A stretch of DNA of 63,926 nucleotides, filler included, from Dugesia japonica (taxonomy: Eukaryota), in assembly GCA_001938525.1 (NCBI GenBank). It is 5 parts of 5 records of this genome, joined end to end, with 100 filler letters (N's around TTAATTAATTAA, not from the genome) between each part and the next. Parts side by side here need not be neighbours in the genome. Positions count along the whole stretch, not along the records: positions 32,685 to 53,337 come from MQRL01640044.1; 4 more parts are not named here. The stretch is one strand, 5' to 3'. Shown here piece by piece: positions 42,440 through 53,437 of this stretch (the stretch's first letter is position 1; each line of letters begins with the position of its first letter). The position numbers and the translations under genes were made by a program. Below the pieces are notes generated by a model. It saw only the letters and a program-made list of their open reading frames with translations, made no database searches and was not told the origin of the DNA.

Positions 42440-42723
42440 CAGTATTAACCATTATAGTTAAAATCAACGGCCGACCCATAACAGCCCTATTGGATACCCG
42501 AGCAACCATATCGTTGTTGTCAATAGATGAAATTGCGATAACCGAATACAAAAACACACTACCCACAAACACTATAGCAGATGTGGCAAATGGTAGTAGC
42601 CTCAAAATTTTTGGAGAATTGGCCTGTGAAGTCAAATATCAGGTTAAAAAAATTAAACACAATATGATCATAGTAGAAATGATGGGCCAGTGTATTCTAG
42701 GGACAGATATTCTTCGAGTCTAG
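42440..42723 (+). pseudogene. Retropepsin aspartic protease domain 2
   Basis: VKINGRPITALLDTRATISLL (DTR, one base from DTG), ADVANGSSLKIFG and CILGTDIL. Confidence 0.85.
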
Positions 42724-45700
42724 ATGAAAAATGGCATATTAAACTTCTCAACATTACGGTTACAATCATTGAAAGGTTATACCCGTGTGAAGGATCACGA
42801 AGAAGAAATTTTGGTACCCAGTAGATGCCAAGTATATTGTGTGGTCAGTACCAAAAGTGCCTATGAAGGAGATTGTTATTTCGAACCGTATGACGGATTT
42901 ACACACCAGTACGAGATACCCACGGCAGGAGGAATAAACATGGTCAACAAAAGTGGGGAAGTACCAGTTAACTTAGTTAATTTTACAGAAAAAGATATCA
43001 CAATTAAGCCAAACTCCAGGATGGGTACACTAACCCCCATCGAACCTGAACCCGAAGTGATAGAAGAAATAGCCCCTGAACCGGAAATTGATAGAACATT
43101 TAAAGTGGAAACGGAAACTTTATCAGAAGACCAGAAACAAGCAATACTACAATTGTTGGAAGAATTTCGAGATATTTTCGAATGGACCGATGAAGAGTTG
43201 GGTATGTGCACAGCAAAAATGCACGCAATTCCGTTAACAGACGAAACTCCATGCAAACAGAAGCCATATGCCATGACAGTGGAGAAAAAAGAGTTTGCAA
43301 ATAAAGAAACAGCTAAATTAGTGAAAATCGGTGTGATAGAACCATGGCAGTCGCCAGTAGTGTTAGTAGATAAAAAGGATGGGACGCAACGATTCTGCAT
43401 TTATTACAGACGGTTGAACGCTTAAACTAAGAAAGACACGTACCCATTGCCAGATATCAAGGAATTACTGCAATTACTTTGTAACGCTAAAATATTCACT
43501 ACGTTAGATTTGCGAAGCGGTTATTGGCAAATTTAGATCAAACCAGAAGATAGGGAAAAAACAGCCTTTTCCACAGGCAAGGACTTATACCAATTTATCC
43601 GTAGGCCATTTGGACTTACTTATGCACCAGCCTCTTTCCAACGAATGATGAATTACGTAACTCACGGCATATCTCAATGTATGGCCTATATCGATGATCT
43701 ACTTATCTATTCGCCAACCTTTGAAGGGCACCTTAATGACTTGTGTATTATGTTTGTACGACTACGTAAATGGAATTTAAAAGTGAAACCCACCAAATGC
43801 GAATAGGCCAAGAATAAAGTAACCTATTTAGGCGAACTAGTATCGGAAATTCATTAAGGATTTCGCTAAAATTGCGAAGTCAATGCAGGATTTGGTTAAA
43901 CAAGATACTGCCTTTAAATGGGGACCGGAACAACAAAAGTCGTTTGAAACATTACGAGATAAATTACTAACTGCACCAATTCTGGTACACCCAGATTTTA
44001 AGAAGCCATTTATATTAGCCACCGACGCTAGTGGATACGCGATGGGTGCAGTGTTAAGTTAATTAGACGAACAAGAAAGATAAAGAGTAATCGCATATTT
44101 TAGCAAGAAATTCCAAGGAGCAGAGTTAAGCTACAGTACTACAGAACAAGAAATAATGGCTATTGTAAAAGCCACCAAAGATTTTTGATCACTTATACAT
44201 GGTCATGAGGTATTAATCTATACAGATCATTTACCAATCACTTTCATGGCTCAGAAACCATTACGATGGAACCGGATGGCAAAATGGCAGTTAGCAATGC
44301 AGGATTATTGTCCATTATTAAAATTTAAAGCGGGAAAAGCAAACTCAAATGCCGACTGCCTGTCCAGAATTGGTGGACCAGAAACTACAGGAAATACACC
44401 AGAAGATTTCGAAACGTTTACAGGAATTATTAGAGAAAAAAGTAGGCATGGTTTACTTTATACTAGCTGAAGATAGGAATTTTGATGGATTTAAACAAGC
44501 GCAAGCTGACGATGAGGAAATCCAGGTAATCACAAAATATATGGAAAATTACAATTTAGAGAAGTTAGAATGTGAACCCAAGATGAAGGAACACCTAAAA
44601 AAGAATGAGGGTCGTTATGCAATTACCAAGGGTTGGTTGACAGCTCAGAATGGAGATAATACCGTGTTGGTTATCCCTAAGGCAAGACGGGATAAGCTAC
44701 TTGAACAGTATCATAATGGTGTATTAGGAGGACATTTGTCCCATAAGAAAACTGAGTCAAAATTAAGACAGAAATATTACTGGCCACATATGACAGAATC
44801 AGTGCTGCCAGAAGAGGAACAGGAAAAGGAGTAAAAGCGTTATTAAAGCCCATCGCTGTACCAACCGCTCCAATGGAAATCTTTGCTATGGATGTAGTTG
44901 GACTATTACCTCCAACCCTAAGCGGAAATATTTACATAGTTACCATAATGGACTACTTATTTAAATTCCCAGAAGCATTTCTAATGAAAAATCAAAAGGC
45001 AAAAACTATAGCCGATATTTTGGTACGAACATTTTTCAGCAGATACGGTGCACCAAAGAAAATACTGACGGATCAGGGAAAGAGCTTTATGAGTAACATC
45101 TTAGCAGAAATATCGAACTTCCTTAAAATCCACCAACTACGAACCTCACCTTATCATCCTCAAACAGATGGGTTAACAGAACGATTTAATAAAACTTTGA
45201 TCAATATGTTGTCCAGTCACGCTCAAAAGGAACAAAATAACTGGGATAAACCTATTCAACTATGCCTATTTGCATATCGAATGAGTGTGCACCCCGCAAC
45301 TAAATACACCTCATTTGGTCTTATGTATGGGAGAGAATGTAACATGCCTATTGACTTGGAATTCCAGCCACCGATAACCTAATATCAAGATGAAATGGAC
45401 TTTGCCGCAAATTTCAAAGAGACCATACAGAAAATATGGAAACAAGCCAAAGAGAATGTAGGATTTTACCAAGAAAGTTATAAAGATTTACACGATAAAA
45501 CAGCAGTGCAACATTCTTTTAAAAAAGGCGACATGGTATTAATCAATTTACCAGACATTTGTGTCGGTAGGACATCGAAATTAAAAAGACCATGGCAAGG
45601 ACCGTATGAGGTAATCGAAGTAACAGAAACTACCCTCAAGGTTCGAAAGAAGGGGAATCTACTAGAGAATCCAAAGATCTACCACGCCAACTTGTGTAAA

Positions 45701-45775
45701 AAGGCAGCAGTGACAGAAGAAGCTGCGCCAGTCACAAGCACTGAGCCCACCGCAACAAGCTATGATGGTACTTAG
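42724..45775 (+). pseudogene. pol: Pol: possible dUTPase-like linker, reverse transcriptase, RNase H, integrase (zinc finger, DDE core, GPY/F)
   Basis: SPVVLVDKKDG.QRFC, LDLRSGYWQ, PFGL..APASFQR, YIDD (43687), TDASGYAMGAVL, YTDH, H..GGH...YYWP, MDVVG, TDQGKSF, PYHPQTDGLTERFN and WQGPYEV. Several stops, frameshifts and small deletions. Confidence 0.95.
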
Positions 45776-47080
45776 TAAACCACTAATAAATCCTTCACCA
45801 TGGAGGAGTAAAGAAACAGTGGTAAAGAAAAACAGTCTCAGGGAGGACGCTGAGTTTGAAGAAAACGGGGAAGGATTAATAACGGGAAAAAAGAAAAAAG
45901 AAAAACAAGAAACGGGTCTACCTGCTGCGAATATAGAAAGACCAGAAACATAGTTACGAAGGATAACTAAGGTATTATAGATGGATGTTTCTGAACACGA
46001 CATCAACCAAGAAAAAGCTAAGGAGGGTAGTACAATCATAAATACCTCACCGAGTATTTCGGGGATAAAACAAACATGTAAAAGAGGTAGAATTAAACAT
46101 ACACTGAGCAATATTCAATCTCAGCAAACGCAGCAAAGTGCATCATTGATTAATAATAAAGAAATTGTTAAGAAACAAAGAGATAAAACATTGTCTTTCG
46201 ATTCAGGTAACCAAATGCGCCGACCACTCATGATAGAGGCTATGAGTGCCACCACAATCTATCCAATCACATATCAAGGAATGCAAACACCTAGAGCAGA
46301 GGAGAATTGTGCCCATATCGGAAAAATAACATGCCCACTGACAGTAATGCAGTTAGAAAGAAACTGTTCACAATGTATAAAGAAAACGCAAATTATACTA
46401 AAAACCACGTGGAAGGCTATTTACGATCAGAAAGCATGGTTATCAAGATGAGAAAATTGGTTCAAAAAAGAGTCTGAAGGATCACAAATTGAGCTACCAA
46501 TTGAAGCACCTATCCGGCAATCCACCCTAAAAAAAAGTTGGGTTTATCTTGTGCCGAAGTATATAGTGAAGAATTGTTAACATCTGTTCAACTATTTCAC
46601 CATATACTAGTGCAATGGAATTGGATTAGATTATACGAACCATTGGAGATCCAATTGCCAGGGAGCATGATTACACCAGCTATCCAAAATAAATTAACTT
46701 GGAAGAAATCGAAACCAATCAATATCGCAAATTTTCATGAAGAGTTTAAAAAGCAAAGGAATTTGACGAAAGAAGCATTTCAGAATCAAGGGGACGAAAG
46801 GAAGGAAAAAGAAAGACAACTAACCAGAATAACGTCGGGAGGAAGAATAAATTAGAAGCGACATTAATACCAAAAGAGGTGGATCAAAGAAAACCAAGAA
46901 AACAAGAATGGGATTACAATAATAGTAGTTAAATTATCTCTACTATTATGGGCAATAATCAACACAAGTTGGGATTACGGCATATTAGTGTGGTTAACTA
47001 CGAAACTTATCAGAAATACGGAGAAGGACAAACCCATATAAATTATAATATACGGAATCACATGGATAATTCTACTCTGA
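45762..47080 (+). pseudogene. Post-integrase coding region of unknown function
   Basis: Consecutive ORF pieces 45762, 45981, 46538 and 46948; charged and low-complexity, with one C/H-containing segment (CAHIGKITC...CSQC). Confidence 0.45.
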
Positions 47081-48648
47081 TTGATATCACCAGCACTGGC
47101 AACACAACAAGCACAAAAGTTCAGCCAAAATAAAATTCTTAGTATCAAAAGTATATTGATTATCTTAATAACGGCTATACAGGAAATACAAAGTCAGGAA
47201 TGCTGGGTGAATGAACCAGTATTGACAGAACATAGGATAGCCACGGGAAAAGACGTATCCATTAGTCGCTCGGGATTATTAAAAAAGTGGAAAACACAAC
47301 CAATGCATTATACCGGGAAAATGGCGCTAGTACCATTAATAAAAAGTCAAAAGAGCACAATGGTAAAAATAGATGAAACAAAAAGGAGAATAAAAGTACA
47401 CCTCTTAAGCCAATCGCCAATAGAAGGCCGAGTGATATAATTTGGTCTGGATAAATGGGTAATAAATTCCGTGGTGGATATAAAATGTGAAAATCCAGAC
47501 AATCCATTATTGTATGAAATNNNNNNNNNNNNNNNNNNNNNNNNNNNNNNNNNNNNNNNNNNNNNNNNNNAAATTCCGTGGTGGATATAAAATGTGAAAA
47601 TCCAGACAATCCATTATTGTATGAAATGAAAGCAGAATTTGAAATAGTGGGGAGTTGCAACATCCTGATATACTATATAGAAGACAACCTTTGAACTAAG
47701 AAGTGGGAAACGCGGAAAACCCAGAACCAAGAAATAAAAATATGCGCAAGAAGCGAGTTTAACTATCATACCATTATTTGACAGTTCCAGCGCTATCGAG
47801 TAAAAAAATTTGGAGAGGAGATAAAAAAGGAAGGGCAAACAAGTATAACCTTTAATCAAGGTAAAAGAGTGCATTCAATCATTGCATCATGAATTTAAAG
47901 ATTGGAAACCATATTGGCAAATGGGCCCATACTCATTCCAAGTAAAAAAGATCAAGAACAAATATTACCTAAAATTCGATAGAAAGATTGAGCAATTAAT
48001 ATTGCACCAATTCAACGATTTTTCTAACTGGTGGTGGAAAATGGATACCGGGTATTGGCCTGTGAAAGCAAACGCAGAAATACATTTTGGAGAATTAAAT
48101 AAAGATATACTGGGAATCGAATTTACGACTGTAATAAACCAAGATCGAGTAATTAAAAAGAACATAACAAAAGAACCAGAGTTAACTACCAAGAAAATCA
48201 CCACAACTTATCCATCAACGGTATCGATAACCACAGAAAAGGAAAAACTCAACACAGAGTGTAACCAAGGGAAAGGAGAAAAAAGATCTCAATTCCTTAA
48301 CAATTGGATGATGAATATACGCAAATTTGAATCTAGAGGAAACTATTGGGAAGTAATGGAAGGACTCTCGACTACATATCGTCCAATTACCAAGTTACAC
48401 AAGTAAGAAGTCAGGAAATGGGGTATGTTGTGGGAAAAGGAAGCGCCGTCATTACAATACTCTTAATCAGCATCGCATGCATATGCAAATCGCAACCTAA
48501 GAAAAAGAAATACCATCGTCATAAAAAAGAACGCCCTCTACCTTTAGCACCACCAAGTTATGAAGGGCTGATACAGAGAATGCCATTTGAAACATTACCA
48601 CCTTACATGCCTTGGGTGTACCTGGTACAAGGGGTAATGACGTGCTAA
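47081..48648 (+). pseudogene. Second type-I membrane (env-like) protein at the canonical env position
   Basis: Signal-like ILSIKSILIILITAIQEIQS|QEC, a Cys/Trp-containing ectodomain, a Thr-rich stalk (TTKKITTTYPSTVSITT), TM VVGKGSAVITILLISIACIC, basic KSQPKKKKYHRHKK, and a tail with PPSY (48550-48561) and LPPY. Confidence 0.65.
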
Positions 48649-48748
48649 GCAAATGTTGAATTTGTGTAAATATTGTAAATTAGAACATAATAAATATATA
48701 TAGATGTAATTAACATTATCATATTAACAAAAACCAATTATTCAGAAA

Positions 48749-49351
48749 ATGAATCAGATCGGAAATGAAAGTGATTATACAAGTATAAACGAAAATGAAT
48801 CAATGGACTCACAAAGTGGACTAAAGAATGCTAGTATGACAAGTTATATACGTAGTAATTCGGTCAGGAGCACTACTTCAATAAATAATAATAACGCCAT
48901 CTGTTCCCAAAGAACAATCAATGAAATATGGAGAGACCATAACGAAGCAATAAAAGAATTATGGAATAGTGCAAACACCCAAATGCAATGGACTCAACAA
49001 CGATTAGAAGAACTAGAATGCAATCAAATTCAACTAGTACAAACCCTAATAACAACGAAACCCTTAGATTGGTGCGAATTGGACTTTAAGAATAAAATCT
49101 TACAACTACAGAATGAAAATCTCTACTCAGAAACCCTTATGTGTCGGAAACAACTAATAGAAAATCGACGAATGCTGGAAATCGTCACAGAAAAGCAAAA
49201 CTACCCAATGGAGTTGGTAGCTAAGCAACACGACCTAATCCTCGATCAGTCAAAAGAACTTAAATACCTAAACAAATTAGTAAATTCACAAAGTAGGGAA
49301 ATCGAGACACTCAAGACCCTGAGTGTCCGCAACCAAGTCAGTTTTGTCTGA
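48749..49351 (+). CDS. Accessory coiled-coil protein (200 aa, intact ORF)
   Basis: S/N-rich N-terminus then heptad-rich helices; TTCAG|AAAATG context. Confidence 0.6.
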   Translation: MNQIGNESDYTSINENESMDSQSGLKNASMTSYIRSNSVRSTTSINNNNAICSQRTINEIWRDHNEAIKELWNSANTQMQWTQQRLEELECNQIQLVQTLITTKPLDWCELDFKNKILQLQNENLYSETLMCRKQLIENRRMLEIVTEKQNYPMELVAKQHDLILDQSKELKYLNKLVNSQSREIETLKTLSVRNQVSFV

Positions 49352-49598
49352 AATCTAAGAGAGAGGGGGAGTTTTTAAAAAAAATATATATATAAAATAA
49401 ATAATAAAATAAATAAAAATAAAGAAGTGATTAATAAAAAAATAAATAAGTAAATACTTATATTTATGTATATATATGCCTGTATTCGACACAAGTAAAC
49501 CTGTACTCGAAGTAATATAACATGATGTATAAGAGGAAATCAAAAAACAATATAATAGTATTATATAATCAGAAGTAATAATATATCTCTTGTAGATA

Positions 49599-50643
49599 AT
49601 GGAATTCAATTTCGAAATATCAATACATGAGGTTAGACTATTTTTGGAAGACCCAGATATCAAATCGTTGGACATGAGCAAAGGACGAGAGGAAATCAAG
49701 CAAACCCCAGTAACACAAAACATAATGCACTACCGTAACGTATTTGCAGCACCGGAAAATTTCATAAGTAAAAGGGTGTGTTACAGCACAATGACAGTTT
49801 TTGATGAGAAGTACACAAATGGGGCATGAATGAGCAACCCAATAGAGCACATAGAAAATGGTTTCCTACCTGTCCATTCCTGCTAAATGTAGATGTAAAC
49901 AACAAATCCCAACTAATTAAAGGAAGAAAGCCCGAAATCGAAGAATCAACAATGGAGACAAAAAAGTTATATTGTAAAATAATAAAAAATTTAGCGGAAG
50001 TAGCAGTCCCAGAGGATCTCGAATTGAATATCGAAGAAAGAGAAAAACCTTCCAGAAAATACCAAATCTGGAAGAAAAAACAATGGAAGGATTATATCTC
50101 GTCCAGCAAACCAGAGATAAAGTTATCAAATGCGCCACTTGCAAACGAGAAACTCTACTACTTCAAGGAATAGAGAAATTACCAAAGAAAATATTCCATC
50201 AACCGAATTGTTTAAGATTAACACCAATCAACAACGAAGAAACACAACCAACAGCATGTAGAATCGAATGAAATATGTCGAGTAAAAGAATAGAAATGGC
50301 AATGGAATTACAGACTAACCAGCTGGCTAATACCTTAAAGTTATATAGGATGAATATCAAACAGTTAATAAAACAAACGGTCGCAGAAAAAGGGTCTGGA
50401 CTAGTCACACCATATGAGTTATACCAAAGATCACTCAAATCGGTAAAACCACAGGTGAAATATGAGCAAGAATGGGTTTTGCTAGATCATGATTGCGTTA
50501 TCTGCCTTGGAGAGACCATTGAGGTCATATTTTTGTCATGTGGGCATTTCAAAACATGCTATAAGTGTGCTTTACACTTAAATGAATGCCCTATGTGCCG
50601 AAAGGTAATTAAACACAGGGTATGGGAAATAAAATTTCAATAA
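49599..50643 (+). pseudogene. iap: Inhibitor of apoptosis (BIR - BIR-like - RING) carried by the retroelement
   Basis: BIR1 end HKWGMNEQPNRAHRKWFPTCPFL has W-x9-H-x6-C spacing. BIR2-like GLYLVQQTRDKVIKCATCK...FHQPNC. C-terminal IAP-type RING CVICLGETIEVIFLSCGHFKTCYKCALHLNECPMCRKVI. Two frameshifts and one in-frame stop. Confidence 0.87.
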
Positions 50644-50741
50644 ATCAATAAACTGAATATGTAAATAATATATAATTATATATACTTATAACTGTCAAAA
50701 TGGTATTAAAATAAATTAATCACTCTCCCTGATTTTAGAAA

Positions 50742-51116
50742 ATGAACACTGAAAACTTGATAAACCATTTGCGTAACGAGATTCAAATATTGCAAATTCA
50801 AACCCAAACTCTTACCACTGTACCTGAAGTCCTAAAATGGAAATTGGAATCCAAAATCGATGCAATATCAAATTTGCAATTGCAAAAATATAATAGTGAG
50901 TTGGAAAGTCAAGTCGAAAGAGCGCACCTAGAGCTAGAAAATAAAAAACGATCCTGCAAGTCCCACAAAAAATAAATTAAAAGTAACATTGATGCAAACC
51001 GAGCAAAAGTAAACGCGATAAAACAGGCTCGCGAATGGAAAAGCAAATACGAAAACGTGGAACCCAAACGTAAAGAATCCGAAAGCAGTCAACATACCGA
51101 AGGAGAAGTAGACTGA
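50742..51116 (+). pseudogene. Accessory coiled-coil ORF (one internal stop at 50973-75, open again to 51116)
   Basis: TTTTAG|AAAATG context; heptad repeats. Confidence 0.5.
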
Positions 51117-51375
51117 TAATCATTAAAGTCGATGTAAATAAACTGTTATTAATACCTAGACTATAAATTACTTATTAATAATAATCGGATAAAGGAACTT
51201 TGAAAATATTGATGTATACAGTAATTAAATGTATAGTGTAGAAAGGTTTTATGTATGTGCTGAACAAATAACCTGTAATGACCTTAAACTCATATTGATC
51301 TGTCAGTTTTATTGGGAATAAAGGAGTTTCTGCAACGAGGATGGACTATGGCAAATTCCGGGACGGAATTTAAAC

Positions 51376-51391
51376 AAGACGGAGAGCGATT
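51376..51391 (+). promoter_or_regulatory. Polypurine-tract-like sequence before the 3' LTR
   Basis: CGGGACGGAATTTAAAC-AAGACGGAGAGCGATT, immediately followed by TGTTGGG. Confidence 0.65.
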
Positions 51392-53337
51392 TGTTGGGAT
51401 GAAACACCCGCTAAACGAGAATAAAGCCGAAAAGGCAGATCAACGAAAAGAATAGCAGAACCACTATAGTTCGTAATAATGAAATAAAACATATAATCAT
51501 CATTAGAGGGGAACAAATTAAAATCCAAGATAAATATGAAGAACCGGGTAACATAGAAGCAACTTATGTTTGGAAATTAAGAAAAATTATTAAATTAATA
51601 ATAAATAGCAAAGAAAAGTGGTTTTAAAATAATTAATTAACAAAAGAAAATTAATTAATTTGAAAATAAAAAAGAAGCGCAATTAGTCAAAAATCTGTTT
51701 TATCCAGATAACTTCGTTCAAGGAAGTCAGAAAGAAACCGGACAAGAAAAAATGAGAAGAACATCAAGATACAATTGAAATAACGAAGAAGAAAAACATA
51801 CCACCTTGCAGAAGGGTACTGCAAGGTTTCCAAGATCCAGCCAATAGAAAACCAATAAATAAAAATATAACAAAGACACAAATGTCAGGTGTCATGATAA
51901 AAATAGCTGCCAATTGCAGCACCAAAATTCTTAGAAAAATTTAGAAAATTGGCTCGGTAACCAATAATATCCAATAAAGGCTGATCCAAAAATAATTAGC
52001 AAATCTAAATCAAGTCGGGGTGTCTCAGAAATCATATAAAAAGACCCCTGAGTTTAACAGAAAAAAAACACAAAAAAACCAAAACTAAAACCACTAATTT
52101 TGTAGATTCATTGCTGTGAAATTATATCAATTACCGGTTAACCCAAGGTATTAACGGAATAATATTAGTTATCGCGTATCAGTCGTGATATATCAGAAAA
52201 TTAACGTAGTTTAAATTTTGCGGTGTGAATCGTGAATAAATTTATTATTTAGAAAACAGGGAATTACAAGAACTCTCAATTCAAGAATCGCATCCAGTAA
52301 TTATTCGAATATTATATATAAACCCGTTTCAGGAATCTTATTAGTTTATCCCAAAGGAGATTAATTCGAAGTAATTAATATTTTGATTGTATTAAATGTG
52401 TGTGCATATACAATTTATTATAATCTACTCTAATAAATTTGATTGTTTTAATCTGCTATTATAGAAAAAAAAATTCATTATAGTTTATCTAATAAATTTA
52501 GCTTTGATAAATTAGAATTTTGCTTTTGCTATAATTTCTTTTATGAAATTTAGTCATATTAAAATTCTTTACAATGCAGGAATATTAGTACATAAAATTA
52601 AGAAATAGGAACGATAGAGGATGAAAACCTCATTACAATGGTGATTCTTGAATTTAATATCGTTTCCCTGTATAAACTAAATTTAATTAATATTTTTCGG
52701 ATGAATATCAGAGAATGTTTTAAATAAACGGGAAATGGATTACAGTGAGTTACTACATTCTTATCTCTTACGCTACGGTTAAATAAACGAATATGTTTTT
52801 TTTATTTTATCAGATAATCAAACTACATGACTGATCCTTTAACGCAAACATTAAAATTTATCCGGTTTGAACGGCGTAAATCTCGGAGAAGACAGTTGTT
52901 GACTCACATCTTATCGTGTGGTGTAGTCGAGCACCCCGACGAAACAGATCTCCAGTATTTCGCCGAGATGTTTCCGTCCAAGAATCGAGTTGATATAGAC
53001 GAGGAATAACCCATTGCTCCACTCTAGGATGAAACACCAACGTGCCTCAGGTGGAGCGTCTGTGGCACGATGGACCTTCCTTAATCGGTGTTACCACAAA
53101 TCGATTGCCTTCCACTTCGCAATTATCCTCCTTTGTTCAAAACAATCTTTGGAGTGCACGAAATGAGGCTGCTAATAGCAACAATGAAAAAACCGAGGAA
53201 GAAATTACAGAAGTTTCCGTGTAATGTTATTAGGCAGAATAAACGTTGTTAACCAACTCTTCATTTTTTTGTATCAATTAACCCACTTATCTTCTTTTAC
53301 TAAATTATTTATAAGTTAAGATTCAGACTTTGTTCAT
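51392..53337 (+). repeat. Putative long 3' LTR (start TGTTGGG; end not seen before the linker)
   Basis: TG start after the PPT. TGTTGGG is the inverted complement of the CCCAACA LTR end at 33750. CCAAT-rich stretch at 51910-51975 and TATA-like CATATAAAAAG at ~52033. Confidence 0.55.
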
Positions 53338-53437
53338 NNNNNNNNNNNNNNNNNNNNNNNNNNNNNNNNNNNNNNNNNNNNTTAATTAATTAANNNNNNN
53401 NNNNNNNNNNNNNNNNNNNNNNNNNNNNNNNNNNNNN
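53338..53437. other. Artificial contig linker N44-TTAATTAATTAA-N44
   Basis: Same structure as 9534-9633. Confidence 0.9.

Larger units (their letters stand above)
36203..53337 (+). mobile_element. Giant Ty3/gypsy (Metaviridae) LTR retroelement with two envelope-type genes and an IAP; 5'-truncated and decayed
   Basis: Co-oriented gag knuckles, chuvirus-like glycoprotein, two proteases, RT-RH-INT in gypsy order, a second membrane protein, accessory ORFs, PPT and TGTTGGG LTR start at 51392. Uniformly A-rich coding strand. The right boundary is uncertain. Confidence 0.88.

Noticed and set aside
42790-43050. Functional dUTPase between protease and RT
   Set aside because: Only a vague beta-rich resemblance; the conserved dUTPase catalytic motifs are not recognisable.
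42876-46111. Antisense ORFs over pol (e.g. 42876-43400, 45662-46111) and over the Cys-rich gene
   Set aside because: They are shadows of A-rich sense coding, hydrophobic by composition and without motifs.
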